Assembly: GCA_910588015.1 (NCBI GenBank)
Contig: CAJUOK010000005.1
Location: 45,610-109,609 of the forward strand
Length of the DNA stretch: 64,000 bases
DNA from: an uncultured Christensenellaceae bacterium
Lineage (GTDB): Bacteria; Bacillota; Clostridia; Christensenellales; UBA3700
Direction of reading: 5' to 3'
Shown here piece after piece: positions 9,964 to 19,059 of this stretch. Numbering within the stretch: position 1 is the stretch's first letter; each line of letters begins with the position of its first letter. The notes under the pieces are model-generated. The model saw only the letters and a list, made by a program, of their open reading frames with translations, was not told the origin of the DNA and searched no databases. A program made the translations under genes and the position numbers.

Positions 9964-9998
9964 ATAAACACGGCGCTCAAAAAGAGCGTCGTGTTTAT
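9964..9998. terminator. Bidirectional hairpin terminator (paralog 2 / iolG convergent)
   Basis: 15-bp stem ATAAACACGGCGCTC / GAGCGTCGTGTTTAT (one G-U pair), AAAAA loop, T-run after. Confidence 0.7.
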
Positions 9999-10040
9999 TT
10001 AGGGGTAAATTATAAAAAACATATTTTGGATTAATGCAAT

Positions 10041-11054
10041 TTATTTATAAATCTCTTCAAGTTTTACAGGTCTTCCCTCTTGCAGAGATTTCTTTGCGGC
10101 TACGCCGATAACTACAGACTGAAGTCCGTCGTCGATGCCTACGGGCACTTCCTTATCGTTGACTATACAATCTATAAACTGACTGATTTCGTTGACGTAT
10201 GCCTGCATATATCTTTCCAAAAAGAACAACAACGGTTTTTCTGCCGTAACTCCGTCGCAATTAGATAATACCGCATTAGACGCGCAATCGTTGGTAATTG
10301 CCACTTGACCGAGTTCTCCAAAAGCCTCGGCTCTTTGGTCGTAACCGTATGTAGCTCTGCGGCAATTGTCAATTACAGCCAAAGCTCCGCTCTTAAGTCT
10401 CAACGTGATGACTGCCGTGTCTATATCGCCGGTTTCTCCGATTGCTTTGTCAACCATAACTCCGCCCATAGCAAACACGCTGTCCACTTCTTCTCCCGAA
10501 AGATATCTCACCATATCGAAATCGTGAATGGTCATATCAAGGAATATTCCTCCGCTGACTTTGATATAAGACACGGGAGGAGCTCCGGGGTCTCTCGAAC
10601 AAATCTTGAGCACGTTGAGCGCGCCTATCTTTCCTTGCTTAACAGCCTCTCTGACTGCAGCGAAATTGTGGTCAAAACGACGGTTGAATCCCACTTGATA
10701 TTTAATCTTGCTGCCTTGCAACGCTTTTTTAACTTCCTCAATCTTGGCTATATCGTGGTCAACGGGTTTTTCGCAGAATATATGTTTTCCCGCCTTAATA
10801 GCCTCGATAGATATCGGCGCGTGAGTGTCGGTAGACGAACAAATAAGCACCGCGTCAATATCTTTATCGTTGAGAATATCTCTATAATCTTTAGTGGTCT
10901 TCTCAACGCCCATATCTTTGAGCCACTTTTCCGTTTCTTGATTCATAAACGGGTCTGCAACGGTTTTGACGGTTGCTCCCTTTACGTAACACATAATGGA
11001 CTCGCAGTGCACTTTACCTATTCTTCCTGCGCCGATAATTCCAATATTAATCAT
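10041..11054 (-). CDS. iolG: Inositol 2-dehydrogenase (Gfo/Idh/MocA family)
   Basis: N-terminal Rossmann motif MINIGIIGAGRIGKVH, 337 aa. Last gene of the iol operon. Confidence 0.8.
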   Translation of the reverse strand: MINIGIIGAGRIGKVHCESIMCYVKGATVKTVADPFMNQETEKWLKDMGVEKTTKDYRDILNDKDIDAVLICSSTDTHAPISIEAIKAGKHIFCEKPVDHDIAKIEEVKKALQGSKIKYQVGFNRRFDHNFAAVREAVKQGKIGALNVLKICSRDPGAPPVSYIKVSGGIFLDMTIHDFDMVRYLSGEEVDSVFAMGGVMVDKAIGETGDIDTAVITLRLKSGALAVIDNCRRATYGYDQRAEAFGELGQVAITNDCASNAVLSNCDGVTAEKPLLFFLERYMQAYVNEISQFIDCIVNDKEVPVGIDDGLQSVVIGVAAKKSLQEGRPVKLEEIYK

Positions 11055-11116
11055 TTTACACCTCTATAATTTTCATTATTCATTATAAAAATCCGCAAGA
11101 TTTTATTGATTGCGAA

Positions 11117-12625
11117 TTAGATTGTACCGTCCCAAGTAGACACCTTCGTCGACTTCGCCTCGTGTTCGTCAAACCAATGAGTGGTGACCGTCTTGCTATC
11201 CGTATAGAACTTAAACGAATCTCTGCCAAGGCAGTGCAAATCTCCAAAGAACGAATACTTATGACCCGTAAACGAGAATACGCCTACTGGTACGGGAATA
11301 CCCACGTTTACGCCTACCATACCGCCGTGCGTATAACGAACGAACTCTCTTGCGTAATAACCGTTTTGGGTATAAATTACAGAACCGTTGGCAAAAGGAT
11401 TTGCGTTCATTACCTCAAGACCTTCTTCGAAGTTCTTAACTCTCTTTATACAAAGCACCGGTCCGAATATCTCTCTCTGTCCAACCGTCATTTCACTTGT
11501 AACGTTGTCAAATATTGTCGGCGCAAGATAAAATCCATTTTCATAGCCTTTGACTTTTACGCCTCTGCCGTCAAGCACCAATTTTGCGCCTTCGTCTATG
11601 CCTTTTTGTATCCACGCTTCGACGCTCTTCTTGTGTTCGGCGCTGTATACGGGACCAAGATTGGTAGTCTTGTCGTATGCGGGACCTACTTTGATTTTGC
11701 TTGCCAAAGCCACAAGTTTTTCCACCAATTTATCGGCAATACTTTCCTGCGCAACCACGACAGGCAAAGCCATACATCTCTCTCCCGCGCAACCGTACGT
11801 AGCATTGATAATACCCGCCGCCGTTCTGTCTAGTGCGGCGTCTTCGAGCACCAACGCGTGATTCTTTGCCTCGCAAAGACACTGCACTCTCTTGCCGTAT
11901 TTTGCCGCCGTCTCGTAAATATATCTGCCGACCGTCGTTGAACCTACAAAAGTGATACCCACAACCTTTTGATTGGATATAAGCTCTTGAGTATCGTTGC
12001 GGTCGCAACTTACTATATTGAGCACTCCGTCGGGAAGTCCCGCCTCTTTGTATAGCTCTGCTATTCTCAAAGAGGTCATAGGCGTCGCGCCTGCGACCTT
12101 AAGCACTATTGCGTTGCCGCACGCAATACACACAGGAGCCATCCATCCCATAGGTATCATAGCGGGAAAATTGAACGGCGCAATGCCGACGAACACGCCC
12201 ATAGATTCTCTATACAACACGGTGTCATAACCGCTAGACGCGTCCATAAGGCTTTCCCCTTGCAATAGCGACGGCATAGAACAAGCAAGTTCCGTGCCCT
12301 CTTTTGCCTTGAGAATATCGCCTTTGCTCTCTTCCCAATTCTTGCCGTGTTCGGTGGCGCAAAGTTCAACAAGCTCGTCCATATGCTCTATTAGCAAGTC
12401 TCTCACTTTATAAAGTATCTGCACTCTTTTTATCACAGGTACTTTCGACCATTTCTTATACGCTTCGTGCGCGTTGTCTATTACTTTGCTGACCTCTGCC
12501 GTCGTACAACGCGGCATTTGAGCAATCTGCTCGCCCGTAGACGGATTGAAAACAGGATAATACTTATCCGTTGTCGATTGAACGAACTCGTTGTTGGTAA
12601 AATATCCGAGCGTCTTTATTTTCAT
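11117..12625 (-). CDS. iolA: Methylmalonate/malonate-semialdehyde dehydrogenase (CoA-acylating)
   Basis: 502-aa ALDH-family ORF with the catalytic Cys block GERCMA and FNFPAMIP. iol operon context. Confidence 0.85.
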   Translation of the reverse strand: MKIKTLGYFTNNEFVQSTTDKYYPVFNPSTGEQIAQMPRCTTAEVSKVIDNAHEAYKKWSKVPVIKRVQILYKVRDLLIEHMDELVELCATEHGKNWEESKGDILKAKEGTELACSMPSLLQGESLMDASSGYDTVLYRESMGVFVGIAPFNFPAMIPMGWMAPVCIACGNAIVLKVAGATPMTSLRIAELYKEAGLPDGVLNIVSCDRNDTQELISNQKVVGITFVGSTTVGRYIYETAAKYGKRVQCLCEAKNHALVLEDAALDRTAAGIINATYGCAGERCMALPVVVAQESIADKLVEKLVALASKIKVGPAYDKTTNLGPVYSAEHKKSVEAWIQKGIDEGAKLVLDGRGVKVKGYENGFYLAPTIFDNVTSEMTVGQREIFGPVLCIKRVKNFEEGLEVMNANPFANGSVIYTQNGYYAREFVRYTHGGMVGVNVGIPVPVGVFSFTGHKYSFFGDLHCLGRDSFKFYTDSKTVTTHWFDEHEAKSTKVSTWDGTI

Positions 12626-12677
12626 ATCTATATCCTCCTAATCTCAAACAATATTATTCTTACCGAATTATCGGCGA

Positions 12678-13571
12678 TTAAATTTTGGCTTTGTCTTTTA
12701 TGTATTTTCTCGCTTTGAGCGCATACTCAAACGGATTGGCTATTGCAGGGTCTTGTTCGGCTTCCACTATCATCCATCCTCGATAATCGGCTCTGTCGAG
12801 AATATCGAAAACAGGCGCAAAATCTATACAGCCGTCGCCAGGTACGGTAAAAGCTCCCTCGCGTACGCCTTGCAAGAACGAAAGCTTTTTTTCTTTGACT
12901 CTTTTGACAACGTCGGGACGTATATCTTTGAGGTGAACGTGCTTTACTCTGTCGACGTGTTTTGCCAAAACTTGCAAATAATCCTGCCCGCAGTACGCAA
13001 GATGACCGCTGTCGAAAAGCAACGAGAATTTATTACTATCCGTCATTTCCATCATTTTATCAATCTCTTCCGCCGTCTGCACAACAGTGCCCATATGATG
13101 ATGGTATACCAAAGATATGCCCATAGATTCGGCAATATCCCCGAGTCTATTCATACCTTTTGCAAACTTCTCCCATTCGCTGCCGCTCATCTCGTATTTG
13201 CAGTCGAACACGGGGGTGTTCATTTGTCCCTGTATGCTATAGCTTTGCTCCGACGCGCCGATTCTATCTGCGCCCATAGCTTTGAGAAATTTGCATTGCT
13301 CGATAAAATCGCGCTCGACTTCTTCCATAGGCTTTGTAAGCACAAATGACGAAAACCACTGATTGGCAATCTTAAGACCTCTGATTTCCAAAGCTTTTTT
13401 AAGCGTAGCTACGTCTTTGGGATATTTATTTCCAACTTCGCAACCTTGGAATCCTGCCAACGCCATTTCGCTTACGCATTGCTCGAAGGTGTTTTCTCCT
13501 CCCAAATCAGGCATATCGTCGTTTGTCCAAGCTATCGGCGCAATGCCCAACTTAACGTTTTCCTTATTCAT
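12678..13571 (-). CDS. iolE: Inosose dehydratase (xylose-isomerase-like TIM barrel)
   Basis: 297 aa. N-terminal IAPIAWTNDDMPDLGG is typical of IolE. Operon context. Confidence 0.8.
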   Translation of the reverse strand: MNKENVKLGIAPIAWTNDDMPDLGGENTFEQCVSEMALAGFQGCEVGNKYPKDVATLKKALEIRGLKIANQWFSSFVLTKPMEEVERDFIEQCKFLKAMGADRIGASEQSYSIQGQMNTPVFDCKYEMSGSEWEKFAKGMNRLGDIAESMGISLVYHHHMGTVVQTAEEIDKMMEMTDSNKFSLLFDSGHLAYCGQDYLQVLAKHVDRVKHVHLKDIRPDVVKRVKEKKLSFLQGVREGAFTVPGDGCIDFAPVFDILDRADYRGWMIVEAEQDPAIANPFEYALKARKYIKDKAKI

Positions 13572-13588
13572 AATTCACCTTATTAATA

Positions 13589-15508
13589 TCAATATTTTCT
13601 TGCTTTTTCAAGCATTTCTTTCTTTTCGTTCAACGCGGTTTTTTCTTTTGCGTTTCTGGGATTTTGCGTACATCCCACATTCCACCAACCGTCGTATCCG
13701 TGCGTCATTGATTTCGGCAAAACCTTGATATCTATCAACGTAGGTTTAGTCTGCTTCAAACTGTCGGCAATAGCTTCTTCAAGCTCTTTTGCGTTTCGCG
13801 CAGTATAGGTAACGAAGCCGTAACCCTTTGCGCACATAGCGTAGTCTATATTCAAAAATTCGCCTTCTCTTATAGGTTTGTCTGCTTCTCTGTATCTCAA
13901 CTCCGTACAAAGAGAATCCACTCCCTGTCCCATCTGCAAATTATTGATGCAACCGAACGACGCGTTGTCAAAAAGCAACACGTTGATTTTTATTCCTTCT
14001 TGAATTGCCGTAACCATTTCGCTGTGCAACATCAAATAGCTTCCGTCTCCGACCATAGCGTAAACTTCTTTGTCGGGACGCGCCATCTTGCTTCCAAGAC
14101 AGCCTGCGATTTCATACCCCATACAGGAATATCCGTATTCCATATTATAACTGTCTTTTTCATCGCTGGTCCACATTCTCTGCAAATCGCCGGGCAAACT
14201 GCCTGCCGAACCTACTATTATGGCATCGTTGGGTATACAACGTCTAATCACGCCTATAGCCGCAGTCTGCGCCATTGCTTTTCCGTGAGCTTTTACAAAA
14301 GCTTCTATAGCGTCCGGCATACGGTCTTGGATTTCCGGCTCGTACGCGCCGTCGGCAGTAATGCCGACCAGTCTTTGCATTTCCTTGTCCCAATTCTCTT
14401 TTGCTTTGGATATTTCGCCTGTATAACAGCTTTTATAATCTCCCAACAATTCGTCAACTGCGGTAATTCCCGCTTTTGCGTCTCCCACAGCTTTTATCGC
14501 GTCGAGCTTGGAAGCGTGAAAATCCGACATATTCAACGCGGCGACTTTTTTATCTGCGTAAAGCGATTTTGACGCAGTGGTAAAGTCGGTAAATCTAGTT
14601 CCCACAGCGATAATCAAATCACAGTCTTTTGCAAGAGTATTAGCCGAAGAATTGCCTGTAACGCCTATACCTCCAACGTTGAGGTAATGCGAAGACTCGA
14701 TTGCCGTTTTACCTGCCTGCGTTTCGCAAAACGGTATATTATGTCTTTCGCAGAATTTCGCAACGACGTCTCCAGCCTCGCTGTATTTGACTCCGCCGCC
14801 GACAATAAGCAAGGGCTTTTTACTTTCTTTTATCGCCTGCGCCAAATCCGACAGTTCTTCGCTGACGGGCGTAGGACGGGTTATTCTGTGTATGCGTTTT
14901 TTCAAAAACTCCTGCGGAAAATCATATACTTCTCCCTGCACGTCTTGCGGAAGCGCAATCGCAACTGCGCCCGTATGCGCAGGGTCAAGCAAAACTCTCA
15001 TAGCGTTGAGCATTGCGCTCATAAGCATTTCCGGACGGGATATTCTGTCAAAATATCTGCTTACGGCTCTAAACGCATCGTTCGTCGTGACTGTCGCGCT
15101 GTGAAGCTGTTCTATCTGCTGAAGTACGGGGTCGGGCTGACGAGTTGCAAACGTATCGCCCATAAAAAGCAAGAGCGGAATATTATTTGCAGTTGCCGTA
15201 CCTGCCGCCGTAACCATATTTGCCGCTCCCGGACCGATAGAAGAAATACAAGGCATAATTTTACGTCTATTGTTTTGTTTTGCATAGGCAATGGCGACTT
15301 GAGCCATACCTTGCTCGTTTTTGCCTTGATAAACTTTGAGCGAATGCTTTCCCATCGACAAAGCTTCGCCAACGCCTAATACGCAACCGTGACCGAAAAT
15401 CGTAAAAACTCCTTCTACAAATTTCGTTACCTGTCCGTCGAAACTGACGTATTGATTGTCCAAAAATCTTACGATAGCCTCGCCTACGCTCATTCTTTCG
15501 CTTTTCAT
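13589..15508 (-). CDS. iolD: 3D-(3,5/4)-trihydroxycyclohexane-1,2-dione acylhydrolase (ThDP enzyme)
   Basis: 639 aa with the ThDP-binding motif GDGSYLM...N. Operon context. Confidence 0.85.
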   Translation of the reverse strand: MKSERMSVGEAIVRFLDNQYVSFDGQVTKFVEGVFTIFGHGCVLGVGEALSMGKHSLKVYQGKNEQGMAQVAIAYAKQNNRRKIMPCISSIGPGAANMVTAAGTATANNIPLLLFMGDTFATRQPDPVLQQIEQLHSATVTTNDAFRAVSRYFDRISRPEMLMSAMLNAMRVLLDPAHTGAVAIALPQDVQGEVYDFPQEFLKKRIHRITRPTPVSEELSDLAQAIKESKKPLLIVGGGVKYSEAGDVVAKFCERHNIPFCETQAGKTAIESSHYLNVGGIGVTGNSSANTLAKDCDLIIAVGTRFTDFTTASKSLYADKKVAALNMSDFHASKLDAIKAVGDAKAGITAVDELLGDYKSCYTGEISKAKENWDKEMQRLVGITADGAYEPEIQDRMPDAIEAFVKAHGKAMAQTAAIGVIRRCIPNDAIIVGSAGSLPGDLQRMWTSDEKDSYNMEYGYSCMGYEIAGCLGSKMARPDKEVYAMVGDGSYLMLHSEMVTAIQEGIKINVLLFDNASFGCINNLQMGQGVDSLCTELRYREADKPIREGEFLNIDYAMCAKGYGFVTYTARNAKELEEAIADSLKQTKPTLIDIKVLPKSMTHGYDGWWNVGCTQNPRNAKEKTALNEKKEMLEKARKY

Positions 15509-15517
15509 ATTCCCTCC

Positions 15518-16288
15518 TTATTTCTCCCAATACTCATATCTCTTGTCTACTATTCTCGTCTTATCCCACGGATTGTTGTCGAGATGTCTTATCATCCAAC
15601 AGCAATACATCGGATAACCGGGCGCAGTTACCTGAACGTGCGTTTTGCCCCCTGGGAAACAACCAACGCTGCCGTCTACGACTGTATGAGGCTGGAATTC
15701 GCCGATGAAACAAGCTCCGAAAGCTTCCGGAGTCGGCATTTTGTAATAATATACTTCGGGCTGCGGATGAGAGTGAGGAAGATAACTCCACCATCTGCCC
15801 TGCCTTGCAATGACTTCTCCCACAACCAAATTGGAATAAGGCGCGTTGGAATAATCAAACACCGTATTGACGTCTCTTACTGCCGTGTTTTCCCAAAGTC
15901 CTTCGCAAGACACGCTTCTTATCACGTCTTTTTTGTCATAAAATTTGGACTCGAACTCTCTCTCGTTTGTCGTGGCGAGATATATAATTTCACTGTCGGC
16001 AAAAGCATTGACCGTAATCGATTTACCTCGGCAAACGTGCATTGTGATTGGCAAGTCTTCATATACGTCTTTTCTTACGCCGCTCCCTATCAATTCTCCG
16101 CATTTCATTTCCACGGCGCCTTCGGTAAGAAGCACGCACATTTCCTTTTCTTTTTCGCTGTAAGTTACGCTCTCTCCCTTGGCAAGTTTTACCACAAGAA
16201 TATCCATAAGCATATCCTTGTTTTTGCCATCCATTTTAGCAAGAGTTTTGATTCCTTTTTTATTGAATTTTGGATAGTTAAACGCCAT
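15518..16288 (-). CDS. iolB: 5-deoxy-glucuronate isomerase (cupin, KduI/IolB family)
   Basis: 256-aa ORF located between iolD and iolC. Size and position fit IolB. Confidence 0.75.
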   Translation of the reverse strand: MAFNYPKFNKKGIKTLAKMDGKNKDMLMDILVVKLAKGESVTYSEKEKEMCVLLTEGAVEMKCGELIGSGVRKDVYEDLPITMHVCRGKSITVNAFADSEIIYLATTNEREFESKFYDKKDVIRSVSCEGLWENTAVRDVNTVFDYSNAPYSNLVVGEVIARQGRWWSYLPHSHPQPEVYYYKMPTPEAFGACFIGEFQPHTVVDGSVGCFPGGKTHVQVTAPGYPMYCCWMIRHLDNNPWDKTRIVDKRYEYWEK

Positions 16289-16387
16289 ATCCGCCTCCGT
16301 GTAGTCGCGTATCGATAATTTATATTAATCGACTTTATCGCATTTATGTAAATTGCAATTGATTTCAGCGCTATTCGTTAAATGCGC

Positions 16388-17404
16388 TCAACCTCTTGCT
16401 ATCATATCGCCAAACTGTTTTTTCTCGTCGGCTATAAATTTTTCAAGCTCTTCTACTGTCGGCATAAACTCAGAGCAACCGTGCGCCGAAACAAGCATTG
16501 ACGCAGAAGCCGAACCAAGCTCCAAGCAGTCCATTATGTCCTTGCCCTCAAACATTCCGTACATAAACGCCGAGCCGTAGCCGTCTCCGCCGCCGAACGA
16601 CTTAAACGCCTCTACTGGGAAAGGCTTGATATTATATTTTTTGCCGTCGCAAGTGTGCGCCGTGCTGCCCTTTTTGCCGTGTTTGATTATGACAATCTTT
16701 GCTTTTTTGCCAAACCAATATTTAGCAGTCGTATCGTCGTCCATATCGGGAGCAAAAATCGCCTGCGTCAAATCGTATTCTTCTCTCGAGCCCATTATAA
16801 TATCGGCGTGCTCGGCTACAGCCGTATAGTAGACGGCGATTTCATCCTTGCTCTTCCAATTGTACGCGCGATAATCTATATCGAATACAATTTTGGTATT
16901 ATTCTTTTCCGCAAGTTGCATAGCCTTGAGACAAGCTTCTCTCGACGGGCTTTGCGCAAGCGCCGTTCCGGAAATCAAAATAGCCTTGGAATTGGCGATA
17001 TACGCTTCGTTTACGTCAGAAGGCTCGAGCATAAGGTCTGCAACTCCGTCTCTGTACATCAATATACTGCTCTCCGACGGAGAGAGAATTTCCGTAAATG
17101 TCAATCCGAGTTTCTCTCCGTTTGACGCCTTAGATACGCAAGATACGTCAATACCTTCTTTACAGAAAAAGTCCGTGACGTAATCGCCGAATTGGTCGTC
17201 CGATACTTTGCCAATAAAACCGACTTTTTTTCCAAGTCTTGCAAGCCCTACCGCAACGTTTGCAGGAGAACCGCCCAAATATTTGCGATATTCTTTGCTT
17301 TCAGACAGCGGTTTGAAATAATCCAGCGGATTGAAATCTATGGCGATTCTACCGATAAGAGTCAAATCGAATTTTCTGTCTTTTTCAAAAGTAACGTATT
17401 GCAT
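16388..17404 (-). CDS. iolC: 5-dehydro-2-deoxygluconokinase (PfkB family)
   Basis: 338 aa with PfkB-type motifs GGSPANVAVGLARLG and the C-terminal GGGDGYGSAF. Confidence 0.8.
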   Translation of the reverse strand: MQYVTFEKDRKFDLTLIGRIAIDFNPLDYFKPLSESKEYRKYLGGSPANVAVGLARLGKKVGFIGKVSDDQFGDYVTDFFCKEGIDVSCVSKASNGEKLGLTFTEILSPSESSILMYRDGVADLMLEPSDVNEAYIANSKAILISGTALAQSPSREACLKAMQLAEKNNTKIVFDIDYRAYNWKSKDEIAVYYTAVAEHADIIMGSREEYDLTQAIFAPDMDDDTTAKYWFGKKAKIVIIKHGKKGSTAHTCDGKKYNIKPFPVEAFKSFGGGDGYGSAFMYGMFEGKDIMDCLELGSASASMLVSAHGCSEFMPTVEELEKFIADEKKQFGDMIARG

Positions 17405-17444
17405 TGTCCACCTCTTTTTAGGTAATTTAAATTATATTCGTATT

Positions 17445-18272
17445 CTATATACATTCGCAAAGTTTTATTATCTTTACTGCGGCATTCTGCACTTCTTCTA
17501 TGGCATACGGTAAATATGTTTTGGGGTCGTATGTCGCTTTTTCGCTTGCCAATCCGTTTTTTAATCCTTTGGTAAACGCCTGTCTAAGTTGAGTAGCAAA
17601 ATTTATTTTGCTTATTCCCGCGCCTATGCATTGTCTTATCACTTCGTCTGACAAACCGCTTGCTCCGTGCAAAACAAGCGGAACGTCAACTTCATTTGCA
17701 ATTTCCTTTATTCTGTCCACAGCTATATGCGGAGTGCCTTTATATACTCCGTGCGCAGTTCCTACGCCAATCGCCAAACTGTCTGCTTTTGTAAGCTCGA
17801 CGAATTTTACAGCCTCGTCAACCTCTGTATATTTTATCTTTGCTTGGGTTTCTTCTTTGCCGCCTATAGACCCAAGCTCGGCCTCAACGCTCACGCCTCT
17901 TGGATGCGCCATTTCTACCACCTGCTTTGTCAATTCGACGTTTTTATCGAATTCGAGCATAGAGCCGTCAATCATAACGGAAGTATAGCCTGCGTCTATA
18001 CAATCTTTGCATATCTGAATATCGCCGCCGTGGTCAAGATGAATTGAAATATCTGCAGCCCCAGTGTAATTGGCTTTTACAAGCGCAGAATAAGTAGCGA
18101 CGCCGCCGTATTTCAGCGTGCGAGGTATCGTCTGAACAATAATAGGTTTGGAAAGTAAACTTGCGGCGTTCAATACGCCCAAAACGCTTTCGAGATTATC
18201 TACGTTAAAAGCCGGTACGGCGTACCCGTCCTTCTTTGCCTTTATCAACAATTCGTTGTTAGTAACAAGCAT
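17445..18272 (-). CDS. iolJ: Class II aldolase, 6-phospho-5-dehydro-2-deoxy-D-gluconate aldolase type
   Basis: 275 aa with class II FBA-family motifs SIHLDHGGD and LVLHGASG. First gene of the iol operon. Confidence 0.75.
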   Translation of the reverse strand: MLVTNNELLIKAKKDGYAVPAFNVDNLESVLGVLNAASLLSKPIIVQTIPRTLKYGGVATYSALVKANYTGAADISIHLDHGGDIQICKDCIDAGYTSVMIDGSMLEFDKNVELTKQVVEMAHPRGVSVEAELGSIGGKEETQAKIKYTEVDEAVKFVELTKADSLAIGVGTAHGVYKGTPHIAVDRIKEIANEVDVPLVLHGASGLSDEVIRQCIGAGISKINFATQLRQAFTKGLKNGLASEKATYDPKTYLPYAIEEVQNAAVKIIKLCECI

Positions 18273-18305
18273 TTTCGATTTCTCCCAAAATCATAATATA
18301 CTATT

Positions 18306-18334
18306 ATTATACAAGTACGGTTATGCATTGTCAA
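18306..18334 (-). promoter_or_regulatory. Consensus sigma-A promoter of the iol operon (TTGACA-17 nt-TATAAT on the minus strand)
   Basis: Minus-strand TTGACA at 18334-18329 and TATAAT at 18311-18306 with a 17-nt spacer. RBS GGGAGAAA precedes the iolJ ATG at 18272. Confidence 0.65.
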
Positions 18335-18364
18335 TATCTAAATTGAAAAAAATTCCCAAATTCG

Positions 18365-18509
18365 CCATAAAATCAAAAGTGTAAAATTTGCGTTTTTTAC
18401 CATAAAATGCTGCTATTTGAGCTATTTTTGTCATTTTTATTAATTTTTATGGATATTTTTAAATCAATCGCTTTTCAAATCGTCCATAAAAATGTAAATT
18501 GTCCATAAA
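18365..18509. promoter_or_regulatory. Cluster of five CCATAAA motifs upstream of the iol promoter
   Basis: CCATAAA at 18365, 18400, 18484 and 18503, and inverted (TTTATGG) at 18446-18452. GTCCATAAA is repeated with 19-bp spacing. Confidence 0.3.
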
Positions 18510-18542
18510 TCATTTGCTTGCATAGCGTAAGCAGTAAAAAAG

Positions 18543-18575
18543 AAAATACGCGAGGTATTCTCCGTCGCGTATTTT
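18543..18575 (-). terminator. Rho-independent terminator of the TM2 gene
   Basis: Perfect 11-bp stem AAAATACGCGA / TCGCGTATTTT, followed on the minus strand by CTTTTTT. Confidence 0.75.
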
Positions 18576-18600
18576 CATCGTCTTTCTATAATTATTTTTA

Positions 18601-18915
18601 TTACATTGCGTCTATATTGGTTTCGTCGCCGCTCACGCCGTTATCATCGAAATTCTCGATAGCATTCTCATTATCAAGACGGTTTTCATTTACAGAACCG
18701 CTCGGCTGATATCCGCAATATTTGACTTGAAAGGTTTCATCGTCCGTGCAAAGATATATAATACCTTCGATTAATCCTACTATAGCGGGAATACCCGTCC
18801 AGCAGAATAATAAATAAACTATACCCCAACCTATTTTCCCTAAATAAAATTTGTGTATGCCCAAGTCTCCAAGCAATATTGCAAGAATACCCGCAACTAC
18901 TTTATTCTTCTTCAT
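18601..18915 (-). CDS. TM2 domain-containing membrane protein
   Basis: The pattern GILAILLGDLGIHKFYLGKIGWGIVYLLF..GIPAIVGLIEGIIYL is typical of TM2 proteins. Start set at the ATG at 18915, preceded by GGAGGA; the track ORF begins at an upstream TTG. Confidence 0.8.
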   Translation of the reverse strand: MKKNKVVAGILAILLGDLGIHKFYLGKIGWGIVYLLFCWTGIPAIVGLIEGIIYLCTDDETFQVKYCGYQPSGSVNENRLDNENAIENFDDNGVSGDETNIDAM

Positions 18916-19059
18916 AAATTCCTCCAACTGTTAAAAATTTATATTTATTTCAATATACTTTAATTATATCTATTAATAAAAATAATATTCAAATTCTATA
19001 AATTCTTTTAAAGTCGAATGGAACAGCCTTCAAATTATCCGACGGACTTGCCAACAGAA

